Shown here: piece by piece, positions 39,917-49,959 of the stretch
Layout: each line of letters opens with the position of its first letter
Numbering within the stretch: the first letter of the stretch is position 1
Origin: Polyangiaceae bacterium
Lineage (GTDB): Bacteria; Myxococcota_A; Polyangia; Polyangiales; Polyangiaceae
Length of the DNA: 55,607 nt
Direction of reading: 5' to 3'
Assembly: GCA_033763455.1 (NCBI GenBank)
Contig: JANRKO010000048.1
Span: 1 to 55,607, forward strand
The notes under the pieces: model-generated
Told to the model about the DNA's origin: nothing
Database searches by the model: none
Seen by the model: only the letters and a program-made list of their open reading frames with translations
Position numbers and translations under genes: made by a program

Positions 39917-41129
39917 GGTGCTGCTTCTGGCCCAGCAGGCCAACTAACCACTCCCACATGCGCACCCACCATGGCGGCTCCGCGGCCTCGATAGCCTTCC
40001 AGTTTTCTCTTAGCTTCGCCGGAATCGAGAAAGAAGGCCGCTTGCCGCCGCGGTCCGCTAGGAGCAGGGCCTGCACCAAATCTAAGCCAAATCGGCGCAC
40101 GAGCGATCGCACCTTTTCAGTGCCGTCACCCTCAAGGCCTCGTGCAACCAGCTCAGCAACGGCCACAACTTCTTTTTCGATAGCAGACAGCGCGGGCACT
40201 CCCAGCCGATTGGCCACGTCATTAGGTAGGAAGAAGCGCACCATACCTGCTGCAAAGAAGTCCATTGCGTCCCCCGGAATCGAGTTCTTGTACATCCCGA
40301 GGAGTGCGGCCATGAGGTTTCTGCCTTCGACGTTCTGGTCCTCCGGATCTTCCTTGGTTTGCCGCTTCTGGATGATTTCCGTGAGTTCCTTCGCTTCCTC
40401 AAAGCTTGCCGGAATAAGCGCGTCCTTTACTCCAAGGATCCTTCCGACCGCCATCCACGTCGCCAGATAGCTTTGACGTTCAGCGTTCGTTAGGCGGCAG
40501 CCCAACTTTTCGAGCCCGTCGAGCACCAAGTAGGAGAAGGTCATCAGTGTGCCCGCAAGATCCTCCTGGTTGATAGGAACCCCAAGCTTCTGCACGTCCC
40601 AAGGCTGCCTATCGGTGTCTGGCTTCTGCAACAAGTGGCGAATCGTGGCGTGCATGAGCCGGACTTTCTGCGCTGTGCGCACGCCCTTGCCATTCGGCCC
40701 AAGCCCACCAGGGCTCAAAACATCAATCACCATCTGCGTCGTTTCGCCCAAACGACGCGTGGGAGAACTACCCAGGTACCCGGTAGCCGCTAGCACTTTG
40801 ACCCCTTTGGTCGCCGCGTAAGAAGCTGGCAATGCATAGCAACCGAGGATCACCAAGATTTCAGGTCCGAACTTTTCGAACACATGTTGGCCGGGAAGGG
40901 TGGATTCTAACAGCTCGTCGAGCTTGAGTTCCGTTTTCTCGAAGTAGGCCCTGACCTCCGTGGGGAGTTCACTATCTGGCACTTGGTCATTTGCCACGCA
41001 GCTATCGAGCAGGGTCCGTACCGAACCGCTTTGAGCAAGGTTGGCGGCTAGGCGGGCGACCACCTCGTCCGCTAGTTCATCGCCCTGCATGCGGAAGGCG
41101 TTAAGGGCGGCTTCTGTCCAGCGAGTCAT
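39909..41129 (-). CDS. DUF2236 / MpaB-Lcp-family heme oxygenase-like protein
   Basis: GDELAD, RRLGET, KVRLMHATIRHLL, GVPINQEDLAGTL and W..VGRILGV motifs. Confidence 0.88.
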   Translation of the reverse strand: MTRWTEAALNAFRMQGDELADEVVARLAANLAQSGSVRTLLDSCVANDQVPDSELPTEVRAYFEKTELKLDELLESTLPGQHVFEKFGPEILVILGCYALPASYAATKGVKVLAATGYLGSSPTRRLGETTQMVIDVLSPGGLGPNGKGVRTAQKVRLMHATIRHLLQKPDTDRQPWDVQKLGVPINQEDLAGTLMTFSYLVLDGLEKLGCRLTNAERQSYLATWMAVGRILGVKDALIPASFEEAKELTEIIQKRQTKEDPEDQNVEGRNLMAALLGMYKNSIPGDAMDFFAAGMVRFFLPNDVANRLGVPALSAIEKEVVAVAELVARGLEGDGTEKVRSLVRRFGLDLVQALLLADRGGKRPSFSIPAKLRENWKAIEAAEPPWWVRMWEWLVGLLGQKQHRA

Positions 41130-41192
41130 GGGCGCACCTTACGTGCCCTATGCGCACAGTGCTAGGTTTTTTTGGGCTCCAAACCTCCAAAG

Positions 41193-41412
41193 CTAAGCTG
41201 CATCCGGCGGACCCAAGGACACGGGAAGCTCGTCATAGATTTCATCCCACGGTGCCTTGGAGGCAACAAAGATGTGACGCTGCGGGCGCACACCTGGGAA
41301 CGCCCCGTACCTTTCGGCACCGCGAACAGTGACAGTGGTACACCCGTGAAGGCGTGCCCGTCATTTCAAACGCCACCTCACCACACAAACAACTGCCGTT
41401 GATGACTGCCAT
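41193..41412 (-). pseudogene. GFA/CENP-V family gene with internal deletion
   Basis: N-terminal GSCLCGEV...HCHCSRCRK joined out of frame to the C-terminal HIFVASKAPWDEIYDELP; middle missing. Confidence 0.85.
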
Positions 41413-41560
41413 GGCAAGAACATACGCCAACTTGCGGCAGCTACGCAGCAGGAAAGCTCCAGCCGGTTTGGCCCTGAAACACTCGCCTTCGTGCTTGGTT
41501 CTTTTGGGCCCATTGAGACATCGGACTTGCCTTTGCCGGTCCGGATGCCAAAAGGGGCGG

Positions 41561-42277
41561 GTGACTGGAACTCCGTTCAACAACACCTCCCCTTGGGAGC
41601 ATTTGGAGAAGCTCGGATTCGACGCGAACAGCCTGAGTTCCAACCAGCGTGAGCAGTTAGAACTGTATGTGAAGCTTCTGTTGGAGGCCAACCAGAGCTT
41701 CAACTTGACCGCCGTGCGGAATCCCGAAGAAGCGTGGCGAAAACACATCTTGGAGAGCCTTCAACTGGCGGAGCTCGTACCAACCTGTGAACGCTTGATC
41801 GATGTTGGTTCTGGGGGAGGATTGCCGGGTATGGTGCTCGCCATCACCAAGCCTGGCGTAGCCGTAACGCTGCTTGAAGCCACAGCCAAGAAAGCCAACT
41901 TCCTAATGCAGACGGCACAGGCACTCGGCCTCCGCAACCTGCGAGTTGAGTGCCAGCGGGCTGAGCTCGCTGGCGCTCCAGGTGCGGCGTTGCGCGAAAC
42001 CTTCGACATCGCAACAGCCCGTGCCGTGGCACCACTACCGGTTCTGGTGGAGCTTGCGGCTCCATTTTTGAAAGTTGGAGGCAGCCTCATTGCCGTTAAA
42101 GGTGAAAAGGCAAACGAAGAGCTGCTCGCGGCCAAACGCGCACTCACGCTTCTCGGCCTGGAGCTCACACGCACAGAAGCTCAGCCCAACGCAACCGTGC
42201 TCTTTCTCCGCAAGCAAATGCCCACCGCCAACAAGTATCCCCGAGCGCCCGGCGAGCCAAAGCGCCGCCCACTGTGA
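41561..42277 (+). CDS. rsmG: 16S rRNA m7G527 methyltransferase
   Basis: NLTAV, HILESL, DVGSGGGLPG, LLEATAKKANFL, RAE, ARAVA and YPRAPG motifs. Confidence 0.96.
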   Translation: MTGTPFNNTSPWEHLEKLGFDANSLSSNQREQLELYVKLLLEANQSFNLTAVRNPEEAWRKHILESLQLAELVPTCERLIDVGSGGGLPGMVLAITKPGVAVTLLEATAKKANFLMQTAQALGLRNLRVECQRAELAGAPGAALRETFDIATARAVAPLPVLVELAAPFLKVGGSLIAVKGEKANEELLAAKRALTLLGLELTRTEAQPNATVLFLRKQMPTANKYPRAPGEPKRRPL

Positions 42278-42349
42278 GCCAATGGAAACGTAGTTCAGTC
42301 GGAAATAGGGTTGCTGGCCCCGGGGCTCAACTTCATGCTTTCTCTCACG

Positions 42350-43279
42350 ATGAATAAACGTGAACTTGTGTTCTCTGGGTTTGGGGCTGGGCTGCTTCTC
42401 ATCGGTTCAACGAGCTCAGCCTTTGCTTGCGGTGCTTGCGAATGCCCCACCCTTGCTTCATCCGAGTTGGTGAGCTTGATTCGCAGCGTACCGCTTAACC
42501 TGGATCTGGCCTTATTGGTGCACCCAGGCGAGCTGAGTCCGCCGCGCCTGGAGCGCGTTTCAGACCAGAGTGTGATAGCGACCGCCGAACTCGATGGGGC
42601 TTCCGCACGGCTCTGGCGGCTGAAGCCGTCCGCCGATCTAGCTTCGAATACAGAGTATCGGATCATGAGAAAGGATGGCGTCGTCGCGCAGTTCACCACG
42701 GGCACGTCGCGAGATGAGTCAGCGCCCACCTTGCAAGGTGTTAGCGCTTCTCCTGGCGGGAACGCGGCGCTGTGTTCTGCTTCCATAGGGGCCGGGCTCA
42801 CGCTGGTAGGCGTAGCCGACGGGGAAAGTAATGAGGTTTGGGTGGAGCTCGAATTGCAATTGCCCCACGGCCCCACCAATATTTTCTCGCCCTACGTTTA
42901 CGGGCAACCTTTGCGTGTCGGCCAAACTGCGATGGGCTGCTTTGGCACTAATGAGGTGGCTGGGCTCACGGATGCGCAATCCTTCCCCACCCGAGTTCGG
43001 GTGCACGATGCTGCCGGCCACACCAGCGAATGGCGAACGGTCTCCGTGAGCGTGGCTGCGGAAAAGCCCGAAGGCTGCGGTTCGAATGCTCCTGTGCTTG
43101 CGCAAGGTGGCGCTTCGGGGTCATCGACGGACGGCATCTCAACTCCGGATCCTTCAGAGGGCGACAATGCATCTTGTGCAGTGAACACGCTTGCGCGACA
43201 CAGCGACATTAGGTTCGGGGTTTGGGGGGCACTCAGTGCGGCACTGTGGGCACTGTTCGCGCGACGTGGGCGCAAATGA
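42350..43279 (+). CDS. Exported Ig-like protein with MYXO-CTERM-like tail (paralog of 48761-49684)
   Basis: Signal peptide then ACEC; L..NTEY...FTTG; C-terminal SCAV, TM helix, RRGRK. Confidence 0.75.
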   Translation: MNKRELVFSGFGAGLLLIGSTSSAFACGACECPTLASSELVSLIRSVPLNLDLALLVHPGELSPPRLERVSDQSVIATAELDGASARLWRLKPSADLASNTEYRIMRKDGVVAQFTTGTSRDESAPTLQGVSASPGGNAALCSASIGAGLTLVGVADGESNEVWVELELQLPHGPTNIFSPYVYGQPLRVGQTAMGCFGTNEVAGLTDAQSFPTRVRVHDAAGHTSEWRTVSVSVAAEKPEGCGSNAPVLAQGGASGSSTDGISTPDPSEGDNASCAVNTLARHSDIRFGVWGALSAALWALFARRGRK

Positions 43280-43338
43280 GCCCTGCCACTTCAAGAATAA
43301 AGGCATTAATGCGCGAACAACTCTATCTGACAGCGCAG

Positions 43339-43563
43339 TCAGACGGCCCAATTCACCATTGTAAGGCCACGGACCTTGGAGAAGTGGCGCTCATTGTTGA
43401 TCTTGCGCGAACGGCGCTTATCGGCACCAAAACGCAACTCAGCAACCGTGATTGCGCTGAGGCAGAGCTCTGATCTCTTGTGCTTGGCCAAGCGCACACC
43501 GACTTCGCCGACACCCCGCAAGGCGAAGCTGACCGTATCGGTATCGAGCATGAACAGATCCAT
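43339..43563 (-). pseudogene. vapC: VapC PIN-domain toxin with in-frame internal deletion
   Basis: FMLDTDTVS...LSAITVAELRFG fused directly to NNERHFSKVRGL..VNW; 74 aa versus about 130 typical; no antitoxin gene seen. Confidence 0.85.
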
Positions 43564-43611
43564 ACAGCGCAAGGCGCCTCGCAGCTACTCACGGCTACTG
43601 CGACTTTGGCC

Positions 43612-44670
43612 CTAACCATCCAACGCAGCTAGCAAAGCCCGCGTTTGCTCTGGAGTGCCGACGGTAATACGCAGCTTATCCGTCAACCCGGGCAAATTGA
43701 AGAAGCGCACCAGAACCCCGCGCGCTTTGAGTTGAGCGTAAAGCCCGGCGCCGTCCCCCGAAGGAGGGCGACCGAGCACGAAATTGGCCTGGCTCGAGAT
43801 CACGTCCCAGCCACGTGCGACAAGCTCAGCGGTAAGGCGAGTGCGCTCAGCTTTGACTTTCTCCCACGCACCTTTGGCGTAGCTCTGATCGCTGATGGCG
43901 GCCGTAGCAGCCAAGATGGAAAGCGCGTCGCAATTGTAGCTATCTTTCACCTTCATCATCTCCGAGATGATGGAAGGATCGGAAAGGCCGTAGCCAAAGC
44001 GCACTCCCGCCAGGGAATAGGATTTGGAAAGTGTGCGCGAAATGAGCACATTTTTGTGCACCGAAAGCAGCGAAAGCGCACTATGTTCCGCGAACTCAGC
44101 ATAGGCTTCATCTACCAACAGCAACCCGTCGAAGCGTGAAGCCAGATCGCTGAGAGCTTCAAGAGCGACGGGCGTTCCCGAAGGTGCGTTTGGGTGAGCC
44201 ACAAAGATGGCGCGTGCACCGGTCGCAAGCAGCGCGTTGACTGGCAGCTTCCAACCAGCCTCCCAAGGCACAGGCGCGACCGTCACATCTTGAAGGCCCG
44301 CAAGCACGGGATACAAAGAGTACGTCGGATCAGGATAGGCCAAGATATCCCCCGCATCCAAATACGTACGGATTGCGATATTGAGAATGTCGTCACTGCC
44401 GTTGCCTGCAATGATTTGATCTCGCTCAAGGCCATAGAGCTTCGCCGCTGCGTCGCGAAAAGCATTCGCTGCCGGATCCGGATAGCGCCGCAAATCATCT
44501 GGGCTTACGTTGGCAAAAACTTCAAGTACGCGCGGGCTCGGCGGATACGGGTTTTCGTTGGTATTGAGCTTAACCACAGATTCACCGCGTAGAGGTTGCT
44601 CACCGGGTGCGTAACCCGCCATGCTGCTAATGCGGTTTCGCGGCTTCGCGATCTTCAAGGGAGGAGCCAT
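43612..44670 (-). CDS. hisC: Histidinol-phosphate aminotransferase
   Basis: KLNTNENPYPPS, RYPD, GNGSDD, PNAPSG, DEAY, RTLSKSYSLAGVRFG and LRITVGT motifs. Confidence 0.96.
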   Translation of the reverse strand: MAPPLKIAKPRNRISSMAGYAPGEQPLRGESVVKLNTNENPYPPSPRVLEVFANVSPDDLRRYPDPAANAFRDAAAKLYGLERDQIIAGNGSDDILNIAIRTYLDAGDILAYPDPTYSLYPVLAGLQDVTVAPVPWEAGWKLPVNALLATGARAIFVAHPNAPSGTPVALEALSDLASRFDGLLLVDEAYAEFAEHSALSLLSVHKNVLISRTLSKSYSLAGVRFGYGLSDPSIISEMMKVKDSYNCDALSILAATAAISDQSYAKGAWEKVKAERTRLTAELVARGWDVISSQANFVLGRPPSGDGAGLYAQLKARGVLVRFFNLPGLTDKLRITVGTPEQTRALLAALDG

Positions 44671-45203
44671 AGGGGCGAGGAACCTAACGCGCGGCCCCCC
44701 ACGCGACAAGGGCGGCCCGCCCCTACCAACCTCGGCTGCCGAGGCCCGTGGCGGTCAGCGTCACACGCGTCAGCGCTTGCTCGGAGCTCTAGGCGCCCGT
44801 AGATGCCCCGACGGCGAAAAACCCCTCGGGGCCCACGAGCGCTGCCAGATCCAGAGGAGCCCGTAGCTTCCCTCCACGCACAACCGAGGCCCGGCGCTCA
44901 ATTGGGTTACGGAAACAGGCTAACACCGATAACTTCGGGTAGCGCCACCAACGAAGGCGAACCCAAGATCGATCCGAAAATCGCCGTGATACGGAGTGTC
45001 AGTGACAAAAACCGCTTCCCCTTTCGCACCCTTCCTATAGAGAAAATAGTCGGTAGGGCTGATGCCTGTCGATACGGTAACGAACCCGTCATAACCCGGG
45101 ATCTTTCGCATAGGGCAGGCGGCTTTAGTCCCCGTTTGGTCGGCCACCAGTGCAGCCCTGCACGGATGCAGCGGCCGTCCGGGCCTGCTTGAGCTACCTT
45201 AAC

Positions 45204-45866
45204 TTACGGCGCGCGCACAATCAGCGTTACCTGGACCTTTGCCGGGAAGCACTCAGCAGGCTTCGCCTTATCGCACCACATATCCCCACCAATCTGATGA
45301 AAGGCGTTATCCCACGTCCAATTATTGCCGACGCCCGAGCCGTAACTTCCGTCGAGTGAATGCTCCGTGTCTTTCACGGGCCAGCGCTCCGAATAGGTAC
45401 CTTCCCCCTTATCTGCGTAGATTGCCGGGCGAATGAAGCCATTTTGAGTGGGCACCGCCCCTTGGGTCCACGTAATGGTGTAATAGAGCGAGGCATCTTT
45501 CTTCGGCAGACCGACGACCTCCACGCGCATCTCAAATTGGCCGTCTGCATAAGGAACAGCCTCTAGCCAGTTTGTCGGAGCGGCAGGGTTCACGTACCCT
45601 TCCCGCGTGAGATCAAAGTAGCCATTTTCGTGCTCCACGTGGGTGATAACCGGAGTTTTAACTAGCACAAAATCTCTAGGGCCAAGCCCATCCACGTAAA
45701 AGGGCGAGCCCACCATCGGAGCTACCACTAGAGTGCTCGCGGGAGCCGGCGGCCCGCTAGGCGCAGTGGCATTCGGATCTGAAGAGCAGCCCAACAGCGC
45801 ACACCAGAGGTGGCCCGCCGCGACAAGTTGAATCGATATTCGATGCATAACCCGAGAGAATATCAT
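45204..45866 (-). CDS. Hypothetical lipoprotein
   Basis: LLGC lipobox, Pro linker, aromatic-rich beta domain. Confidence 0.7.
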   Translation of the reverse strand: MIFSRVMHRISIQLVAAGHLWCALLGCSSDPNATAPSGPPAPASTLVVAPMVGSPFYVDGLGPRDFVLVKTPVITHVEHENGYFDLTREGYVNPAAPTNWLEAVPYADGQFEMRVEVVGLPKKDASLYYTITWTQGAVPTQNGFIRPAIYADKGEGTYSERWPVKDTEHSLDGSYGSGVGNNWTWDNAFHQIGGDMWCDKAKPAECFPAKVQVTLIVRAP

Positions 45867-46018
45867 GACGCCGCCGATTCTAGCGCGTGCAGCTCAGGAA
45901 AACGACTCGGCGGATCGATGGTGGTGGGCAAGGCTCAACTGAGCCGCTACCGTAAGATCCACGCCCGACGCAACGTCATTCGCCATCACTGTAGCCCAAG
46001 CGCCTCATACCGATAAAC

Positions 46019-46915
46019 GTGCCTAATACCGATAAAAAGCCGCCCAGCGCAACCTTGACCAACCTGCTCTTGCTCATGCTGTGTGTGGTGTGGGGCAGCA
46101 CCTGGCTCGCCATTAAGCTGGGCCTGCGGGATGTGCCTCCGTTTACCGGCGCGGCTGCGCGTTTCGCGGTCGCTGGTGTTTGCATGGCATTCGTGGCGCA
46201 CATTTGGGCCAAGCGCGAAGGCGGCGGGCGGCCCCCACTACTGGTAATTCTGACGCACGGGCTTTTCCAATTCGCGCTCAATTTCGGGCTTGTTTACGTC
46301 GGTGAAACGGTGATCCCTTCGGGCCTTGTGGCCGTTTTGTGGGCTGTTTACCCAATATTCGTGTCCTTGGGCGGGCAATTCATCGCCAAGACGGAAACCA
46401 TCTCAGGGCTTAAATGGTTGGGGATTTTGGTTTCTTTTGGTGGCGTTGCCACGTTATTCGCAACCGATATTGCTGCAATTAAGGGGCCCGCCGTGCTGAT
46501 GGGGCTCTTGGTGTTGCTGGCGCCATTTTCGGTGAGCATCTCAACTTTGCTGATCAAAAAGTACGCAACGGGTGCCAGCTCGCTGATCTTGAACCGAGAC
46601 GCGATGTTGATCGGCGCGGTTGTTTTAGCTGCGACGGCTTTCACGGTAGAAGCGCCACATCAAGCTTCCTGGACGGCTCCCGCCATTCTCAGCATGCTCT
46701 ACCTTGCAATCTTCGGCACGGTGATCACCTTCGGTGCATACATGTGGCTTCTGCGCTACGTGCCCGCCTACCGCATGGCTCTGGTCAGCTTTGTGATACC
46801 CGTTGTGGCGCTTTTCCTGGGGGCGATGTTTGGGGATGAACCCATTGGGCCTCGCACGCTCCTTGGAACGGGCCTCGTGCTTGGAGGCCTGGGCCTCGCG
46901 AGTTACAGGAAGTAA
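46019..46915 (+). CDS. EamA/DMT family transporter
   Basis: VWGSTWLAIK.GL, about 10 TM helices, YLAIFGT and IPVVAL.LG motifs. Confidence 0.93.
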   Translation: MPNTDKKPPSATLTNLLLLMLCVVWGSTWLAIKLGLRDVPPFTGAAARFAVAGVCMAFVAHIWAKREGGGRPPLLVILTHGLFQFALNFGLVYVGETVIPSGLVAVLWAVYPIFVSLGGQFIAKTETISGLKWLGILVSFGGVATLFATDIAAIKGPAVLMGLLVLLAPFSVSISTLLIKKYATGASSLILNRDAMLIGAVVLAATAFTVEAPHQASWTAPAILSMLYLAIFGTVITFGAYMWLLRYVPAYRMALVSFVIPVVALFLGAMFGDEPIGPRTLLGTGLVLGGLGLASYRK

Positions 46916-48556
46916 CTACAGCCAGCTCAGCTTGATCAGAAAGCCATCCACGCTGGCGGGTAGCAACGTTTGTGTTTGGGTGATGAGCGCATCGGCAGTG
47001 TTGCCCACCGCGTAAATGTCGCCACTCGGTGCCACTGCCAAATCAGCGACGGCGAGGTCAGACAAATCCATGGCCCACAAGAGCTTACCCGCTGGGCTCA
47101 CACTGGCGAGCATGGTGCCAAGCCCGCTTAATGTGCCTTCCGCTTGGGTAACCCCACGCGTGATGGGGGCGCGATGCGAAGCCGCGAACACGAGGTTCCC
47201 GCTCGCGTCGACACTGCTCGCCAATACGCTATCGTTCGAGACGCTTCCGATCGGCAGAGACCACTTCAAGGTTCCAAGCAGAGGATCGTAGCCAGTGATC
47301 AAGATGTCCCGCAGGCCAACGGCAGTATCGGTTCCTCCCACCGTGAGCGTCCCGGAATATTCTGTTAAGGCGTACACCACTGCCCCTGCGGCGGAGTACT
47401 CCACCTTCTGCCCCATATCCGTGCCAAGGCCGCCGATAGACTTGGACCAACGGGCTTGGCCGTCGCTAGCAAACGCCGCGACAAACGCATCCGCGCCTCC
47501 GGCCGTAGTTATGGGTCCGAGACCGAAGTCGGTGGCGCCGTGCGTAACTCCTGTAAGAAAGTAGGAGTTGTCCGCGGTGCTGGAGCAGCCGTAATTCTCG
47601 TCGAACTCGGGGCCGCCGGTGCCACTCTGGAATAGCTTGCCCTGCGTGATAGCACTAAAATCCGAGGCAAACTGCACCTTACCAAAACCGAACGAGTTAT
47701 TAAGCGTTGTACCGTTGAACCTAAGCGACGTATTCACGTTCACCGGCACCCAGCCACCGGCGATGCACGGGCTGAGGATTTCGGTACCGCCGTTGATTTG
47801 CATGGCGGATTGCGCCACGCCCGCATTATCCATTCTCACCAAATACGCGTGTGCTTGCCCGGCAGCGAAGACAAGATTGCCCGCCGAGGTGTTCATTGTC
47901 TGGCTGAATTCTCCAGCGACCAGCACCCGGCTTCCCGTAACTGCGAGGTCCTGTGCACCGTTAATGCCCCCATTGGCCGCGACAAAACGCTGATGCCATT
48001 GGTAGACGTTGTCAGCGGAGTAGGCGACGATCAAACTTTCCGCACCGCCGGTACTCGTAACGACTGGCGAAAGTACGATGTCACGCTCGACGGCCCCAGC
48101 CACAATCGGGGTACCCGCGGCCGTCAAAGCCACGCTATTCATGAAATCGTCACTATATTGGCCGAACAGCCTTCCCCAAACCATCACAGGGAGCACCGGC
48201 CCGCCTGGCCCGCATCCACCTGTGCCCGCACAGCCACCGGCTCCGTTCATTCCTCCGCTAGGGGCTCCTGCCGCTCCGGCCGCGCCAAGTGCGCCACCGC
48301 TTGCAACAGCCCCACCGCTTGCGACAGCCCCGCCGCTTGCGACAGCCCCGCCAACGGACGCTGAGTTCCCCCCACTACCCGTCCCAGTGCTGCCAGCGGC
48401 CCCACCGGTCGCGGGCGTGGGCTGGCCATCAGGGGGATCGAGGAGATTGTACCCGATGCGTCCACAGGCACTCGCCAGAAGAGCCGAGACGATAAGGCCC
48501 CCCATTATTATTATTGGTAGAGCCCGCGTGCCAATCAGGAATAGCGGTCTAAACAT
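46916..48556 (-). CDS. Lipoprotein with Gly-rich linker and beta-propeller (SBBP-like) repeats
   Basis: ASAC-GRIGY; (GGAVAS)x3 encoded by an 18-bp repeat near 48294-48352; repeated DAFVAAF..DG...W.K.IGG blades. Confidence 0.8.
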   Translation of the reverse strand: MFRPLFLIGTRALPIIIMGGLIVSALLASACGRIGYNLLDPPDGQPTPATGGAAGSTGTGSGGNSASVGGAVASGGAVASGGAVASGGALGAAGAAGAPSGGMNGAGGCAGTGGCGPGGPVLPVMVWGRLFGQYSDDFMNSVALTAAGTPIVAGAVERDIVLSPVVTSTGGAESLIVAYSADNVYQWHQRFVAANGGINGAQDLAVTGSRVLVAGEFSQTMNTSAGNLVFAAGQAHAYLVRMDNAGVAQSAMQINGGTEILSPCIAGGWVPVNVNTSLRFNGTTLNNSFGFGKVQFASDFSAITQGKLFQSGTGGPEFDENYGCSSTADNSYFLTGVTHGATDFGLGPITTAGGADAFVAAFASDGQARWSKSIGGLGTDMGQKVEYSAAGAVVYALTEYSGTLTVGGTDTAVGLRDILITGYDPLLGTLKWSLPIGSVSNDSVLASSVDASGNLVFAASHRAPITRGVTQAEGTLSGLGTMLASVSPAGKLLWAMDLSDLAVADLAVAPSGDIYAVGNTADALITQTQTLLPASVDGFLIKLSWL

Positions 48557-48760
48557 TCACCCAAGAAAACGGCCATTCCGAGCGAAAGCTTAGAAGTCAC
48601 TAACCCGTTCGCGGGTGGGCCGAAACCGCCAAAGAACCTTACCGCACCTAGCTGGCTATTTGTTTAACGGCTAAACAGAGTGAGGTGCTGTACGGCAGTG
48701 TACAGGCAGCGCCCACAGGTGAAGCTCTTCAAGCCAGATGGCGTGTGCGGTAGGCCACGC

Positions 48761-49684
48761 TCACCCACGTGCATTCCGACGAACAGCAAAGGCGCTCAAC
48801 ATGGCCAAAATAGCCCAGGCCCACGTGGAGGGAGCTCGTGGTTTGCCAACGCCCATGCTGCACGCCAACCCATTCTGCGGGGGCTCACTGGGTCCGATGG
48901 GGGCTTGTGCGTCCTCGACGGCGCCGCCCGGAACTTCGGTGTTTACCTGACCACCATTGAAGGCATCGGCTGCCATTGGCACAGAAAGACTCTGCCACAC
49001 GCTCGCGTTTCCAGACGCGTCGTGTAGGCGCACTCGGGTGGACACCACTTGCCCGTGGGCGAGCGCCGGCAATTCACTGGTGCCGAAGCAACCCATCTTC
49101 GAATGGCCCAATGCCAGCAAACCTCCGGGATTGTAGGGGGCAAAAACGGTTCTAGCCGCGACGCCCACCTCTGCTTCGATCTCAACCCACATCGGCGCGT
49201 TTTCGCGCCCATCCGCTACACCCGACAGCGCAAGCTGTGCCCCTACAGATTCACCGCACATTTTGTCGTTACCTTCGCTAGGCAAAACAGTGACATTATC
49301 CAGCGTTGGCGAAGAATTGTCCCGGGTTTTCCCAGTCACAAATTGTGTTGTGGATCCATCAGCGCGTACGAGCCGATATTCCGTGTTAGGGGAGAGATCG
49401 GTAACGGTGCCAAGCCACCAGTAGGGCAAAATCTCCAAGCGTACCACGGTGGTCGCGATGATTGCGCCATCAGCAACCCGTTCCAACCGTGGCGCGATCA
49501 CCTCCCCGGGGAACGCGCGGAGGGGTAACTCGAGGTTAAGCGGTGCTCCGTGGCTCAACTCCAGCATGTTCCCCGGAATCTTTGCGCACTCGCAGGCTTC
49601 TGCGGGCGTTATCCAGCCAACAAACCCGATACTTATGAATAGACCTATAGTTACGCGATGTGCGAGGGCGTGAGGTTTTCGCAT
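48761..49684 (-). CDS. Exported Ig-like protein with MYXO-CTERM-like tail (paralog of 42350-43279)
   Basis: Shares ACEC, PLNL, PRLERV, NTEYR, MGCFGT and RVR.HDA.G blocks; ends ACSM, TM helix, RR. Confidence 0.75.
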   Translation of the reverse strand: MRKPHALAHRVTIGLFISIGFVGWITPAEACECAKIPGNMLELSHGAPLNLELPLRAFPGEVIAPRLERVADGAIIATTVVRLEILPYWWLGTVTDLSPNTEYRLVRADGSTTQFVTGKTRDNSSPTLDNVTVLPSEGNDKMCGESVGAQLALSGVADGRENAPMWVEIEAEVGVAARTVFAPYNPGGLLALGHSKMGCFGTSELPALAHGQVVSTRVRLHDASGNASVWQSLSVPMAADAFNGGQVNTEVPGGAVEDAQAPIGPSEPPQNGLACSMGVGKPRAPSTWAWAILAMLSAFAVRRNARG

Positions 49685-49959
49685 AGTGAGCACCGAAAGC
49701 AGCAAACGAGCCAAGGTGCACCGTAGTATGCTTTCGTGGGCAGAGGTGGGATAACTTATGCAAACGCAGCGTTTTCTCTCCCTCTGAACCGCCCATTTTG
49801 AGCCACTTTCGTCTCAAAGTGAGACACCGCGCACTCAGGAAGAAATTTTCCCCTCCGCGCGGCTTTCGATCGTCAGCGGCCGCTAACGTCACTTGTGTGG
49901 ATCAGAGCCGGTGCCCCTCAGACACCTCTTGTGACATTGCCCTCGGCGCTTGCACGAGC

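Noticed and set aside
44907..45147. Short minus-strand ORFs that look protein-like
   Set aside because: Possibly a gene remnant, but no family could be assigned.
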